Positions 1-10,842 of a stretch of 64,000 bases of DNA are shown here, one piece after another. Each line of letters opens with the position of its first letter. Positions within the stretch are counted from its first letter, which is position 1. The position numbers and the translations under genes are program-made. Source of the stretch: Aplysia californica (taxonomy: Eukaryota); NCBI RefSeq assembly GCF_000002075.1, contig NW_004797531.1, positions 527,107 through 591,106 of the forward strand, written 5' to 3'. Below the pieces are notes generated by a model. The model was not told the origin of the DNA. It saw only the letters and a program-made list of their open reading frames with translations, and did no database searches.

Positions 1-165
1 CCGGTAACGGAGAGAATATAAAATCCTAGGTTTTTATTTTATATTCGAATAAAAACCTGGGATTTTATATTCTCTCCGTTAGCGGTACTCACTGTTTAAA
101 ATAAAAACCTAGGATTTTATATTCTCTCCGTAACCGGTACTCACTGTTTTCGAATTAACCGTGTT
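1..165. repeat. inverted plus direct repeats of an approximately 40-50 nt unit (probable end of a MITE or foldback element)
   Basis: 1-38 is the near reverse complement of 48-85; 100-146 repeats 48-94 directly. Confidence 0.65.
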
Positions 166-315
166 CGGGCAATCTCTCTAAATCAAGAACCTGGCTAAAA
201 TGAACAAAATCTGGCAATCAGACTCCACTGTATGTGCAGAATGGCATGAATGAAACAAGGATATAATGTAGTTTTAGTCTTTTTTGTTGTGTATTAATAT
301 TGGTAAATTTTTTGT

Positions 316-498
316 GTGGGTGGTTGGCGGGTGCTCTGGTGTGGTTTGCTTCTTCTTTCCTATCAAACATCTATCCTCCTTATCTCCCCTTCTTCTTTTT
401 TATGCTTGTTACTCTCTTGTAACACCTCTAATCTTCTGGCACTCATATGACCTTATGCAGTTGCGAGTGCCATAAAACCTCTACTAAAACTAACTAAA
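316..498 (+). mobile_element. approximately 180-nt retroposon family A (SINE or LINE 3' end); other copies at 17792-17975, 33245-33325 (partial), 56731-57016, 63517-63688
   Basis: Shared GTGGGTGGTTGGCGGGTGCTCTGGTGTGGTTTGC...CATATGACCTTATGCAGTTG...TAAAACCTCTACTAAAAC. Confidence 0.8.
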
Positions 499-625
499 AA
501 CTTTTTGTTCTCCATTGCCATTTGTTATAAAGTAAAACTGATAATTTTGTGTGACGTAAGTTATTCTGTCTCTTTTTTGCTTTGTTTTCTTGATAAAAAC
601 TGCAAATTTTTCTCCCATTTTTCAG

Positions 626-704
626 TCATCATTCCACGCATAGAAAGGACTCTTCAGCACATCACATCCGAGTTGGATGAAAGAGACAGAGAGGAATTTT
701 ACAG
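626..704 (+). CDS. ATP6V1D: V-type proton ATPase subunit D, penultimate coding exon
   Basis: ttcag|TC...TACAG|gtatt; encodes [27 protein letters not shown], matching the conserved V-ATPase D motif [27 protein letters not shown]. Confidence 0.93.
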
Positions 705-709
705 GTATT

Positions 710-1110
710 ATCATCATCATCATCATCATCCTCCATCATCCTCCATCATCATCATCATCATCATCCAGTGCCAAATCTGCGACAGACATCGGCGATCATG
801 GTTTTCCATTCATTCCTTTGCTTGGATGCTCTCAAAAAAGCTACGTTTCCCTGATCTTTCCCTGTTATCCATTTGTTTAGGTTCCCTAAGTATGTTGTTC
901 TGGGCCTTCCCCTGCCTCGCTTGCCCTCAATTTTGCCAGTGAGAGCTAGATGTTCAAGACCCTTATGTCTATTCAGGTGTCCCAAAAACAGCATTTGTCG
1001 TTTCCTGGTGGTTTTTAACTTTGAGCGTCCCACGTGGGCTTCATCAAGCACTACCTCATTTGATTTCTTTTCCTTCCACGATACTCTTAGTAGTCTCCTA
1101 AGAAACCACA
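710..1110 (-). mobile_element. 5'-truncated RTE-like LINE 3' end with (GAT)n tail
   Basis: MWFLRRLLRVSW...GHLNRH...[12 protein letters not shown]; TSD ACAGGTATT at 701-709 and 1111-1119. Confidence 0.88.
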
Positions 1111-2683
1111 ACAGGTATTTTAGAAGGTCAAATTAAAAATTCATCACTTTTGAGCTCTCTTTATTTTTGTTATGTTATTACAGATTGCCAATTTATGTTC
1201 GACTCTTCAAAAAAAAATATAGACAACATGAATTTGAAAAAATACACTTCGTTTGGCTGGTCCTTAGAAATTCAATCTGACAAAATTGTTGGTACTCCCT
1301 CTAAAAATATCATACATTATTATGTTTTTGAAAATATCATAAATACAAATTTCTTCACAAAACGATCTGGAAAAAACCCAACTATATTAGGAAAGGCATA
1401 CTGCTTCCAGTAAGCCAGTTTCTGCTGCGGAACAGTATGGGCAAGTTATATATTTCTCCCACTATATTTCTGAATTCCTAATTTTCATTTGCTCCCTGTC
1501 TATTTTGTGAAATTAAAATACAGCATACAGGGTGTCCAGCAAAGTCGTAAAGTCGTAAAAAAGTCGTAAATTCGATGCCCTGGCCGTAAAGGTCGTAAAT
1601 GGTAGTAAATGCGCCGTGAAGGTAGTAAACATTTGGTAAACGGTCGTAAATTAACCTGCATACTGAGTGATGAAGCTAGCAAGACTTTTCAGTAAACCCT
1701 AGCTGTGGTGCATGACTCCGTTTTTGCCGGTCGCGCTTGTGATATATTATTCGTTCACCTTTGTTCCCCGTCCGAGAGTACGTTTGACGCGAAAAGACGG
1801 CTATGGCGGCAGGCGAAAGTGTGTGTGACACCGAGGCTCGATCGGGAAAATCAAGATCCACTTTCGCTTTCAGAAATAACCGACGATTTACTGATAACTA
1901 ACGCAACATTTGTGACATGCAGGTTGTACAGTATATATACACACACACACACACATGTACATGTATATCTAAACGCTGTGCTGCCGCGCAAAAAAAAATT
2001 TAATCACTTGGACTCATCTCTGTACTGTCACATGTGTGTGTGTGGGGGGGGGGGGGTACCTGTATAGTCCTGGTGGTGTCTATAATTGTGAGTATTTAAA
2101 TACATATACATCTTGCTCTCACTTGGAAAAGAAATGGCAAAAGAGACAAAGGTAGACCAGGACTAATTTATGGGGAGAATTTGAACCCGTGGCCCACAGA
2201 GAAAGACCAAGACAATGTTGGTTTTTGGTCGTGGGCTGGGTTATTTAGAGCACCACAGCAGAGGAATGAGTGCGGAACTGTGGTCACTGATGTCCAACTG
2301 TGGTCACTGATGTCCATTCCTGATTCGACACTTGAACTTGGAAGACAATGAAGTGAAGAAAATAGTTGTCTCTAAACCAGTGCTCGTGTATTTCTCAAAG
2401 TATTATGGTGAGGCTGGACAAGACCTAAGCACCTGCAGTTCACTGTGGACTTTGCTTGAAATGAATTGTACTAAAAATTATTTTTGAATATTAAGAAGTC
2501 TTTCCTGTGTCCACGAACAAATTGGAAAGTAGGTGGGGAGTTGATAGAACGTCTTCTGTTTCAGTGTGGGTCTACGTTTGTACCTGGTTCTTGGATCCTG
2601 TCTTTTTCTGTATCTTCACTTAAGTGTATGGGTTGATTTCATTTTTAGCTGAAATTTATGTCCCCTTACATTATGACTATTTG

Positions 2684-2891
2684 ATATCTCTGTCTTTGTT
2701 CTATTTCTATATGAAACCTGAGCTTCCTTAAACTATAACATTTTCATATCTGTCTTTGTTCGATTTTTACCTTAAACCTGTGCCTCCTTAAACTATAACA
2801 TTTTCATATCTGTCTTTGTTCGATTTTTACCTTAAACCTGTGCCTCCTTAAACTATAACATTTTCATATCTGTCTTTGTTCGATTTTTACC
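2684..2891. repeat. 60-bp tandem repeat running into an assembly gap
   Basis: Unit CATATCTGTCTTTGTTCGATTTTTACCTTAAACCTGTGCCTCCTTAAACTATAACATTTT, about 3.5 copies visible. Confidence 0.9.
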
Positions 2892-2991
2892 NNNNNNNNN
2901 NNNNNNNNNNNNNNNNNNNNNNNNNNNNNNNNNNNNNNNNNNNNNNNNNNNNNNNNNNNNNNNNNNNNNNNNNNNNNNNNNNNNNNNNNNN
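2892..2991. other. assembly gap
   Basis: N run. Confidence 1.
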
Positions 2992-3261
2992 GGGAAAGAA
3001 AGTACAAGCGTCGTCTAATTCTTAGATTGTCGGGCTCGCCATCCTGACCGGTCAATGAACCTGCGCGCGTGAGCACCGGCGTTTGTTGTTGGGGTCGCCA
3101 AAGTTCATTCGAAGTCTGAGCGTTGCGAAGTATAGGCCTAGGACTACGGAATGGGTAGGGGATCATTGATTTTTTTTAAAGATGCACTCGGAGGAGGGGT
3201 AAGGGGTGCTTAAGGCAACACCAGAGGACAAAAACTTTGGATGGGTGATAGTAAATTATAA

Positions 3262-3418
3262 CAGTCGAAGCAGACTTTGTGGTGTTGAGGATAGAAAGGT
3301 GAGCAGAGTAAGCCTGATTCCTCGTTTGGATTTTTCTGTTGACATCCACCCCTTCTCGCTCATATGACCTTATGCAGTTGCGAGCGCTGTACAAACATCA
3401 CTAGATCTAAAACTAAAT
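3262..3418 (+). mobile_element. retroposon family B 3' end (second copy at about 57958-58105); same terminal stem-loop as family A
   Basis: AGTCGAAGCAGACTTTGTG...AGGTGAGCAGAG...TTGACATCCACCCCTT...CTCATATGACC shared by both copies. Confidence 0.75.
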
Positions 3419-4544
3419 CTAGCGGCGAGCAAGCTTGTGATCGTCTGTCTATCCTCAATTTTGTTGACTGGACGTTGTTGCATGTTATTTTCGTTCCATA
3501 TATTATGTAATGATAATATTATGTTAGTGATAGCACAAATTAACTCCCTTTTTCGAGCTAGTGTGGGGCTTGATTTGCTGGGTAGTAAATTTTTTTTCCA
3601 GGTAGTAAATTTTTTCAGCAAATATTGCTGGACACCCTGAGCATAATCGACTTATATCGACAGCCGATGTATCGATATTTTGACATATCGACATATTTTC
3701 CAATTACGAAATTTTTTCGTCAGTATCTTCACTAAACAATTTTTCGTATATCGCCTTTTTTTGGGGCTCACTCTGCTTTATCGACATGCTTCGTGGGTAC
3801 CTGGCGGGGCCACGAACATAAATGGGGGCAAAAAGCCACGCTACTGTCCATGTCCATGCATTAATTCTTCATTAAGTCCGCATACCCGCCAAGTGGCCTA
3901 TTCGACACACCAGGCTTTAGTAGGTCATGTAGGGCCTACACAGTTTAGTCTCACACACAGTACAGTGCCTCACAGATGTGAGCATCTCGCGCACTGGGCT
4001 TCACCTCCCTACCCCCACTCCCAATCGCTCACTCCCCTTCCCTATCCCATTCTCAGTTTGTCGCTGGCAAGTGCCACGACAGTGCCTCGCCTTTTGAATG
4101 AGAGGTGAACACCTTAACCTCTAGGCCACAAGAGCCCATACTTTAGACATTCACACACGCACTATTTCTGGGTCAATTTTGGCCTTTCTAAAACTTAAAG
4201 AAAGAACCGCTTTATAGCCTCGTTTTCTGTCAATTCTAATCGAACATTTTTCCTTGATCGCATAGAAATGGCATAAGCATACCACAGCAGTCACGTGCCA
4301 TGTACGCTCAGTGATTTAACCACTGCGCAGTGCCGCTTTAGGTGCAAATCAATCAACTGCGCAATGCTGCTCTAAGTGCTATAATAATGGTTAAGGAGTT
4401 CTTGAGTGTGGTGTCCAGGATCTATTTATCTGTTTATAGTAAGATATGACTGTTATTGTGCTGACATTTTTTCTGCATTTGAACAACTTTATTTACTCTG
4501 CTTGTATCTTACTACTGACTTGTACTTGATGACCCCATATATAT

Positions 4545-6073
4545 CTGTCCTCAGAGAAAGTTGCATTTGAAAATGGTAAAAGTTGCAAAAAGTTGCAAGA
4601 AAAATCAACAAAAGTTGCAAGAAAAGTTGCAAGACATGTATAGCTAAAATGTCAAGGAATTATTTGAATACATTGTTGGTATGGTCTTTGCAATCAAAGT
4701 AACCAACGAGAATTTTGTTGGATCAAAATCAAAAGTTAAATGTGAATGTCTACCGTACCAAAAACAAAAAAAATACACAAAAAAACCCAACTGCATGGAG
4801 GTTGCATAGACGTGTGTCAGGTTCTTAAACTTAAACTCCCGCTGACGTTGGGCAGGTGTGACCAGCGTGGTTTTGGGGCTGTTCAAATATAATCGTACAC
4901 CTTTTGGGGGATTTTTGCCCCGCCCCCTCCCCCCTTTACACTTTTCTTACATTTTCCTCCTCTCCTCCCCCTCCCCCCCCCCCCAATTTAAAAAAAAAAA
5001 ATGCTGAAATACTAATATTTATTCGCTTACTTATAAATAATATGACATTTTATATTGCGCAAATCTGTGTTACAATCATTGGTAGTCTATGTGCTTTACT
5101 TTTACATAAATAGTACTCATGAAAAACATGCATACACACACATGTGACATAATAATTAAATTTGGTATAAGAGGAACTTTTCCGGAAAAACTTCTAAGTG
5201 AATAGCAGAGTTTACTCTTTTTTATGTCATGTTTTGTTTTTAAAAAGTTATGTTGTCATACATTATTTTCCTTGTTATTCTTTCACCTTACAAAAGTGTA
5301 ATATTACTTTGGTTCAGGACCCCCCGCCCCCTCTTTCTTACATTTTTCTTTTACTGGAATCAAGACCCCCACCGCTTTAGGCCTTTTCCAGATGTAAGAT
5401 TATATTTGAACGACCCCTTTAGGGATTTTCTGGATGAATCGATCCATGTCTAGATCTGCCCTCCTAGCCAAAAATGTAAAGTCTTTCACAATTTTTTATA
5501 CAATATGCTAGATCTATCTATCTACCTGGTGCTACGGAGCCAAGAAAGCAAAGTAATCAGACGATAGTGTTTACGATTGAGTTCACTCTATAGATATCTA
5601 GATCTAGAGTCTAGATTTAGCTAGATCTAGAAGAAGTAGAAGATGATTCAGTCCAAACAGGACTATTGGGGGGGTCAGGTCCGGACGGGTCGGTTTGCTC
5701 GACAGACTGACGGCGCAAAGTGGCTATCGTGGCACAAATCGATCGCGCCCGACTCGTTGCCTCAAAAACAAACGCGTTGTTTTCAGGCAACGAGTCGGGC
5801 GACTGTGTCCCGACCCGATTTCATCCACGTAGTGCAAAAGGGAAAGGAAGTGGTAGATCTAATTTCAGGTACGAATTGTCCCCCTTCGCGTCGTTATTTT
5901 TAGTTGTGGAAGTAAATTTCGGTTATTTTTACCGAAATTGAATTACTATTTGTCCAACTTTTGCAGAAAATTGCCTAAAATTCGCGAATTCACAAAAATG
6001 GTAAAAGTTGCGCTGAGGCCAAAAGTTGCATGGGCAACTTGCGGGTTGCGCGCGCGAATTTCTCTGAGGACAG
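4545..6073. mobile_element. non-autonomous TIR DNA transposon
   Basis: 15-bp perfect TIR CTGTCCTCAGAGAAA; ATATAT on both flanks; repeated AAAGTTGC subterminal motifs. Confidence 0.8.
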
Positions 6074-6335
6074 ATATATTGCTCTCAGATGTTCCCAATT
6101 TTAGAAGTCATTGTATTGAAATATTCCAAATAAGATTTAATACCTACTTCTTCAAGTATGATAAATTATCAAGGAACTATCTTTAATTTCTATATAATTT
6201 CAGCAAGCTTACACTTAAGAATGGAGTAGTAGACCAGATAACAGATAATGAGTTCCATAACAAAACCTTTGAACAGATACAATAAGTGCAATTTAAATAC
6301 ATGAATGACTTACTCATGCTGCTGTCTTTTTGCAG

Positions 6336-6477
6336 GCTGAAGAAGGTACAAGAGAAGAAGAAGAAGATGAGGAAGAAGGAGGAAGAAGAAAAGGCTGCAA
6401 GGCTAGCCCAAGGTGATACTGATGAGGCTCCCACCATATTTGATGATTTTAAAGATCCAGAAATATTATTTGATTGA
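6336..6477 (+). CDS. ATP6V1D: V-type proton ATPase subunit D, last coding exon
   Basis: Pyrimidine tract then tgcag|G; AG+G rebuilds the Arg codon in phase with 626-704; LKKVQEKKKKM...KDPEILFD-stop resembles the subunit D C-terminus. Confidence 0.92.
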
Positions 6478-9273
6478 TGGCCGTGTATGTTTAATGAGCG
6501 TCCGAATTGTACTTCTTTTTGTACATACAGTTTTTATGGCTGTGGAGGTCTAATTAGTCAGTGCATATATTTACATGGGTTTTATTATAATAATGATAAT
6601 AATTTTTTTTGCAATGGACAGTATGGGATGAATGTGAGGTGTCTACTTTTCAGGTCAAATACGCAATTTGAAATTTTCTGCAGGCAGCTGCCAAGTTGTT
6701 CTTTAAAAAAAATTTTTTTTTGTAGGAATACGAGAATACATTTTATTAAGTTATAAAAAAAATTACAGCTGAAATCTCTTGTCAAGTAAATGTTTTTCAA
6801 TGCATCAGTGGGGTAAGAATGAACAAAACTGAAACTCTCGCCAATCAACATTTACAAGGACTGTGGTCTTTTCTGTTTCTTTCCTGTTTGAACACATGCT
6901 GTGTAATTGTGTGATCCCATTGATGTACTGTTCATCAAATTTAAACTTTTTTGTTGTTGTTTTTTTTCCGCTTGTTTGTTAGATGACAAAGACTTAAGTT
7001 CTCTATGTATTTGTCGACCTTTGTTTAGTAGGTCTATGGAGTTAAATTTAACCCGTTCGTCGCCAGGGGGTGTGTGCTCCAACTGTCAGGGCTGATTTTC
7101 CTGTCAAACTCATTAGCCAGAACACCAGTCTCGTGTCTTGGTGTTACGTTAGTGGACTCGCTGTCTAGATCTGGCCCACCTGTGACATACCCATTTCAGA
7201 CCCCAGGTCTTTTGATAGTGTCAATTTCCTCACTCCCCTCATTCCCTATATTCTCCATCTTACCCAAAAAAAAAAAAAAACCGCTTGCAAATCAAAGGAA
7301 AGTTTCTGCCTTTTTTAAGTAAATCCACACTGTGTTTGTGGATAAATCTTTATACAGAAGAAGTAGAGCCAGGTGTTTAGCGGGACATACATGTACCATC
7401 TCATAGGCAACCTTGAACCTCAAATGTTGTCCATTTCCAGATGTACATTGTACAGAAGGTTAAAGATGGTCAGTCTACAAATGTACAATTCTAGGTAATT
7501 CAGAGAATTAGGATGCAGTGTTGCCACTGACATTCGTGAATATTATATTTGAGAGCATAGTCTGCATAGTCTTTGTCAATTTTTGTTGCCTGTCAGTCGA
7601 AAAAAGTAGATAATATTGGTAATTAAAGAACACATGATATGCTGTAATTGTAATGGTGAGCCAGATGGTAGCGAGTCCATTGGGTCATAAGTTGAAGATA
7701 ATGTGGCTGCTTATTTTTCTTATCGAGTTGATAAGTTTGCATGTGAAATGCTTCAAGACAGTTCTGATTTTCTTCCTGCTAATTCCTGATCAGAATATGG
7801 TTAGGAAGGTTATTATATCCCCCTTCCCCCTTAATTTGTGATGTGTACACCGTTTTTGACGTTGCTGTGAGTTACCACTTTGTGTTAGGTCCTAGTCAAT
7901 GTTATGCATAATGAGACAGCACAAATGTAATCTTAATGTATGATTTGCTGTGTAGAATGATTTCTTAAATAATTGTCACATATTTATATATATATATATA
8001 TGCAAATAGACATAAGTTTGCATTCCTTTGAAAAAATGGGCTCGTTGGAACTCTATTGATCTTGTAACTAGAAAACTGACTGTATGTTTATGTTTGAAAT
8101 TGTTATCTGAATAATTTCACGTGATCAAAGATCTTAGTGTTAGCTTTTATTGATTCTTTTTCAATACTTCCATGTAATTATACACTAGCAGTGTTCTTTT
8201 GACTGCAAATTTGTCATACTGGGAATAGCAAGTGCTCCACAGTAGTCTTTAATATTTCAAGCTACTGAATTACAAAAGAAAGGAAAGTTATTCTGTCACA
8301 GATCACTGCATCCAGAAGACTTCTTTGTGACTTTGTAAACTTCATGATGCCTTTAGGTGAAAACAACTCTTTTTTGCATGTGCTTGTAATGTGATTCAAG
8401 GTGGTTGGTTGTATTGATGGGGTTCTATGGGAAAGATTGTATTTCTAGTGAAGATGAAGAAATTTGACTCATCTGAAACTAAAGTGTATTTGCTAAGAAT
8501 GCTTGGGAAATGTCCTCTTATTGTGTGCTTTAGTGTAACAAATTGTCAAATGACTGCAAGTATGATGGAAGTCCAATGTTTTGGTGTTTAGTTGATTTTA
8601 GATATTTCATATATATGGTTGTTTGAGATTGGACACATTTTCCACAACAATGCTTTATTCATGCCAGTAGTAAACGTATGTTTGATGTTTAAAATGTGTC
8701 TTTAGTACTTTTTTCCTACCCTGGCTTTAGTTTTACACTATATGATATTTTGTCTTGTTTTGACTCTACTGAGTTTTATTCAATCATAAATCTTCTTTTG
8801 GAAAAGAAATAAAATGTAGAAATTTTAAAAAAGAAAAGAAATTGACGTTACAGAAACAATTAAAAAGTTATAGCCAGGAGCATGAAATTAACCTTTTTTT
8901 AGTGACATGAATTTTTGAATACTTACAGCTGGAAGTTGCGTATGTGTAACCATGAGTAGTGAAAGTGGTATACCTGGTATACACATGATATACATATATG
9001 GATATCGTCCCACTTTTCATTCCAACACCTTTAACAAAAAGGCTAATAGTGAAGACATTGTGCTGCCCTCTTGATCTCCTTGTAAAGAGCAACGTAACAT
9101 TAAGTATAACATTGTTGTCAGCGTTGTTTGAGCTAGCAGCAAGCGCTAGCTGGTTCAGTTGTAAACAGAATGTACAAGTTGTTGTTTATGTCATGTTTTA
9201 TTCATCTTGAAAACCAAATACCATGTCATAATGTGTATGTAATTATTACATGATGTAAACAGATCTTGCATAC

Positions 9274-9279
9274 AATAAA
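9274..9279 (+). promoter_or_regulatory. candidate polyadenylation signal of ATP6V1D (alternative AATAAA at 8808-8813)
   Basis: AATAAA followed by GT/T-rich sequence, just before repeat-rich DNA resumes. Confidence 0.4.
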
Positions 9280-10842
9280 ATGTATAGTAAACACCTGATG
9301 TAGATGTAGTTCTTGTCTTAGTGCTTTTTGAGACTAAAAATTCAAAATGAAAGTCGGTCTAATGCAATCATTGCAGCATTTATGAATCATTAAGGCCCGG
9401 TTACACGTAACAATAAATTGTACAAGAACTGGACGATATGTTAGGTGTAACCACAAAATTGTACAAAATTTGGACGATTGAACGGTGGTTTGGAGACTCT
9501 TTTCCGCAGCGCGGAACTAAACTCATGGCTCAAAATTTTTTAATTAATTATCATAGGTAAAAATTGATTTCATATTCGGAATCAGCGTCTCAAAATAAGC
9601 AAAGTTGCTCACGGGGAACCTGATTTGGTGCGTTATTTTATATATTTTAGATATTTTAGCTATTTTATTATTAAGTTGATCGTCAAGGGTGAAGCTGTGC
9701 ATCAAGGTCACTCGGTGCTTTGAACATCGGCAGTCAAGTCATAGCTTCTGGTTCTACACTCAACACGGTAGACCTACAGTATGGCCACCCTTTTCTAAAG
9801 ACACTGTTTTGCTAAATCAAAATGTACAGGGAAGGGGGGGGGGGGGGGGCTCTCGTGATCTAGAGGTACAGTGTTCGCCTTTCATTCATTAGGTCCAGAG
9901 CTTGAAACCTTCACATAGAGAGCAGGCAAATCGCTGTCGTCGCAAAGAGACACGGTGGCTTTATGACGAGGAATCTCTTCAATCGAAAGAAAACTTGATG
10001 ATAGATTAGAACCTGTAAACAGACAACACAGTTCGATAAAATGGACAGTTCTCTCATACGACGAATCTGATACAATTTATCGTTGCGTGTAACCAGGGCT
10101 TTAGATCTAGCACCAACAAAAAGTAATTTTTTGTCACCAGCATCATGTAGCCTATGCAGTGAATGTTTTATGTGAAATATTTCCTGAGATTTGATCCAAT
10201 GGGAGTGGAAGGATTTTGGCAAATAAGATAAGATGCTGCTAGTGTTACTCAAATGTTTTGTTAGGAGCTCCAAAATCCATCTGTATGACTTGCTAGAATT
10301 GAAATGCACATGTTTACACATCTCGTTGGAACTACCTGGAGGTAAATGCACTTGTTTACAACACATTACACAATAAAAGTTCCTGTGACATGAATTGGAG
10401 TGACTTCTGTCATTCATTACAAATTTTGTAGGGAAAAGCAGAATTAGATTTTTGCCATACCCTTCAGTTAAACAAAAGAACGTATCCCTAGATTACTCAT
10501 AACTCCTGAGGCATTATTCTTTGCGCAGCAGACTTATTAGCTCTAGGTTTCTCTCACATTTACACCCCACCCTTCTCCCAAACTTCGATATAAGTATGTT
10601 TACTCACTACACTCATTTATTCTTTAGTTGAGATGAGGAGATAAAAGTTTGTTGACATTCAGATCTTTTACTAAAGGTCATTTATGTATAATAAATCACC
10701 AGGGGAAAAAAAAGAAACATAGTGTAATGAATTAAAGAACCATTTTGTTCTTTTGGATTTTCAAATACTAGTACATGTACTTCTTTGAAATCAAGCTGTT
10801 TTCTAAGTGAAGAGTAGGCCTACTTCAGAGTGGATCCAGATA

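Larger units (their letters stand above)
1528..3639. mobile_element. non-autonomous TIR DNA transposon (hAT-like) with 6-bp TSD
   Basis: 15-bp perfect TIR CAGGGTGTCCAGCAA; AGCATA on both flanks; subterminal GTCGTAAA/GGTAGTAAA repeats. Confidence 0.8.

Noticed and set aside
505-942. 145-aa ORF with poly-His and poly-Ile runs
   Set aside because: It is a chimera of intron, one ATP6V1D exon and an antisense LINE tail, not an independent gene.
2684-2891. Regular repeats as a possible CRISPR array
   Set aside because: The units are contiguous with no unique spacers; this is a eukaryotic minisatellite.
9911-10417. 168-aa ORF
   Set aside because: No recognisable domain or splice partners; probably chance or decayed repeat sequence.
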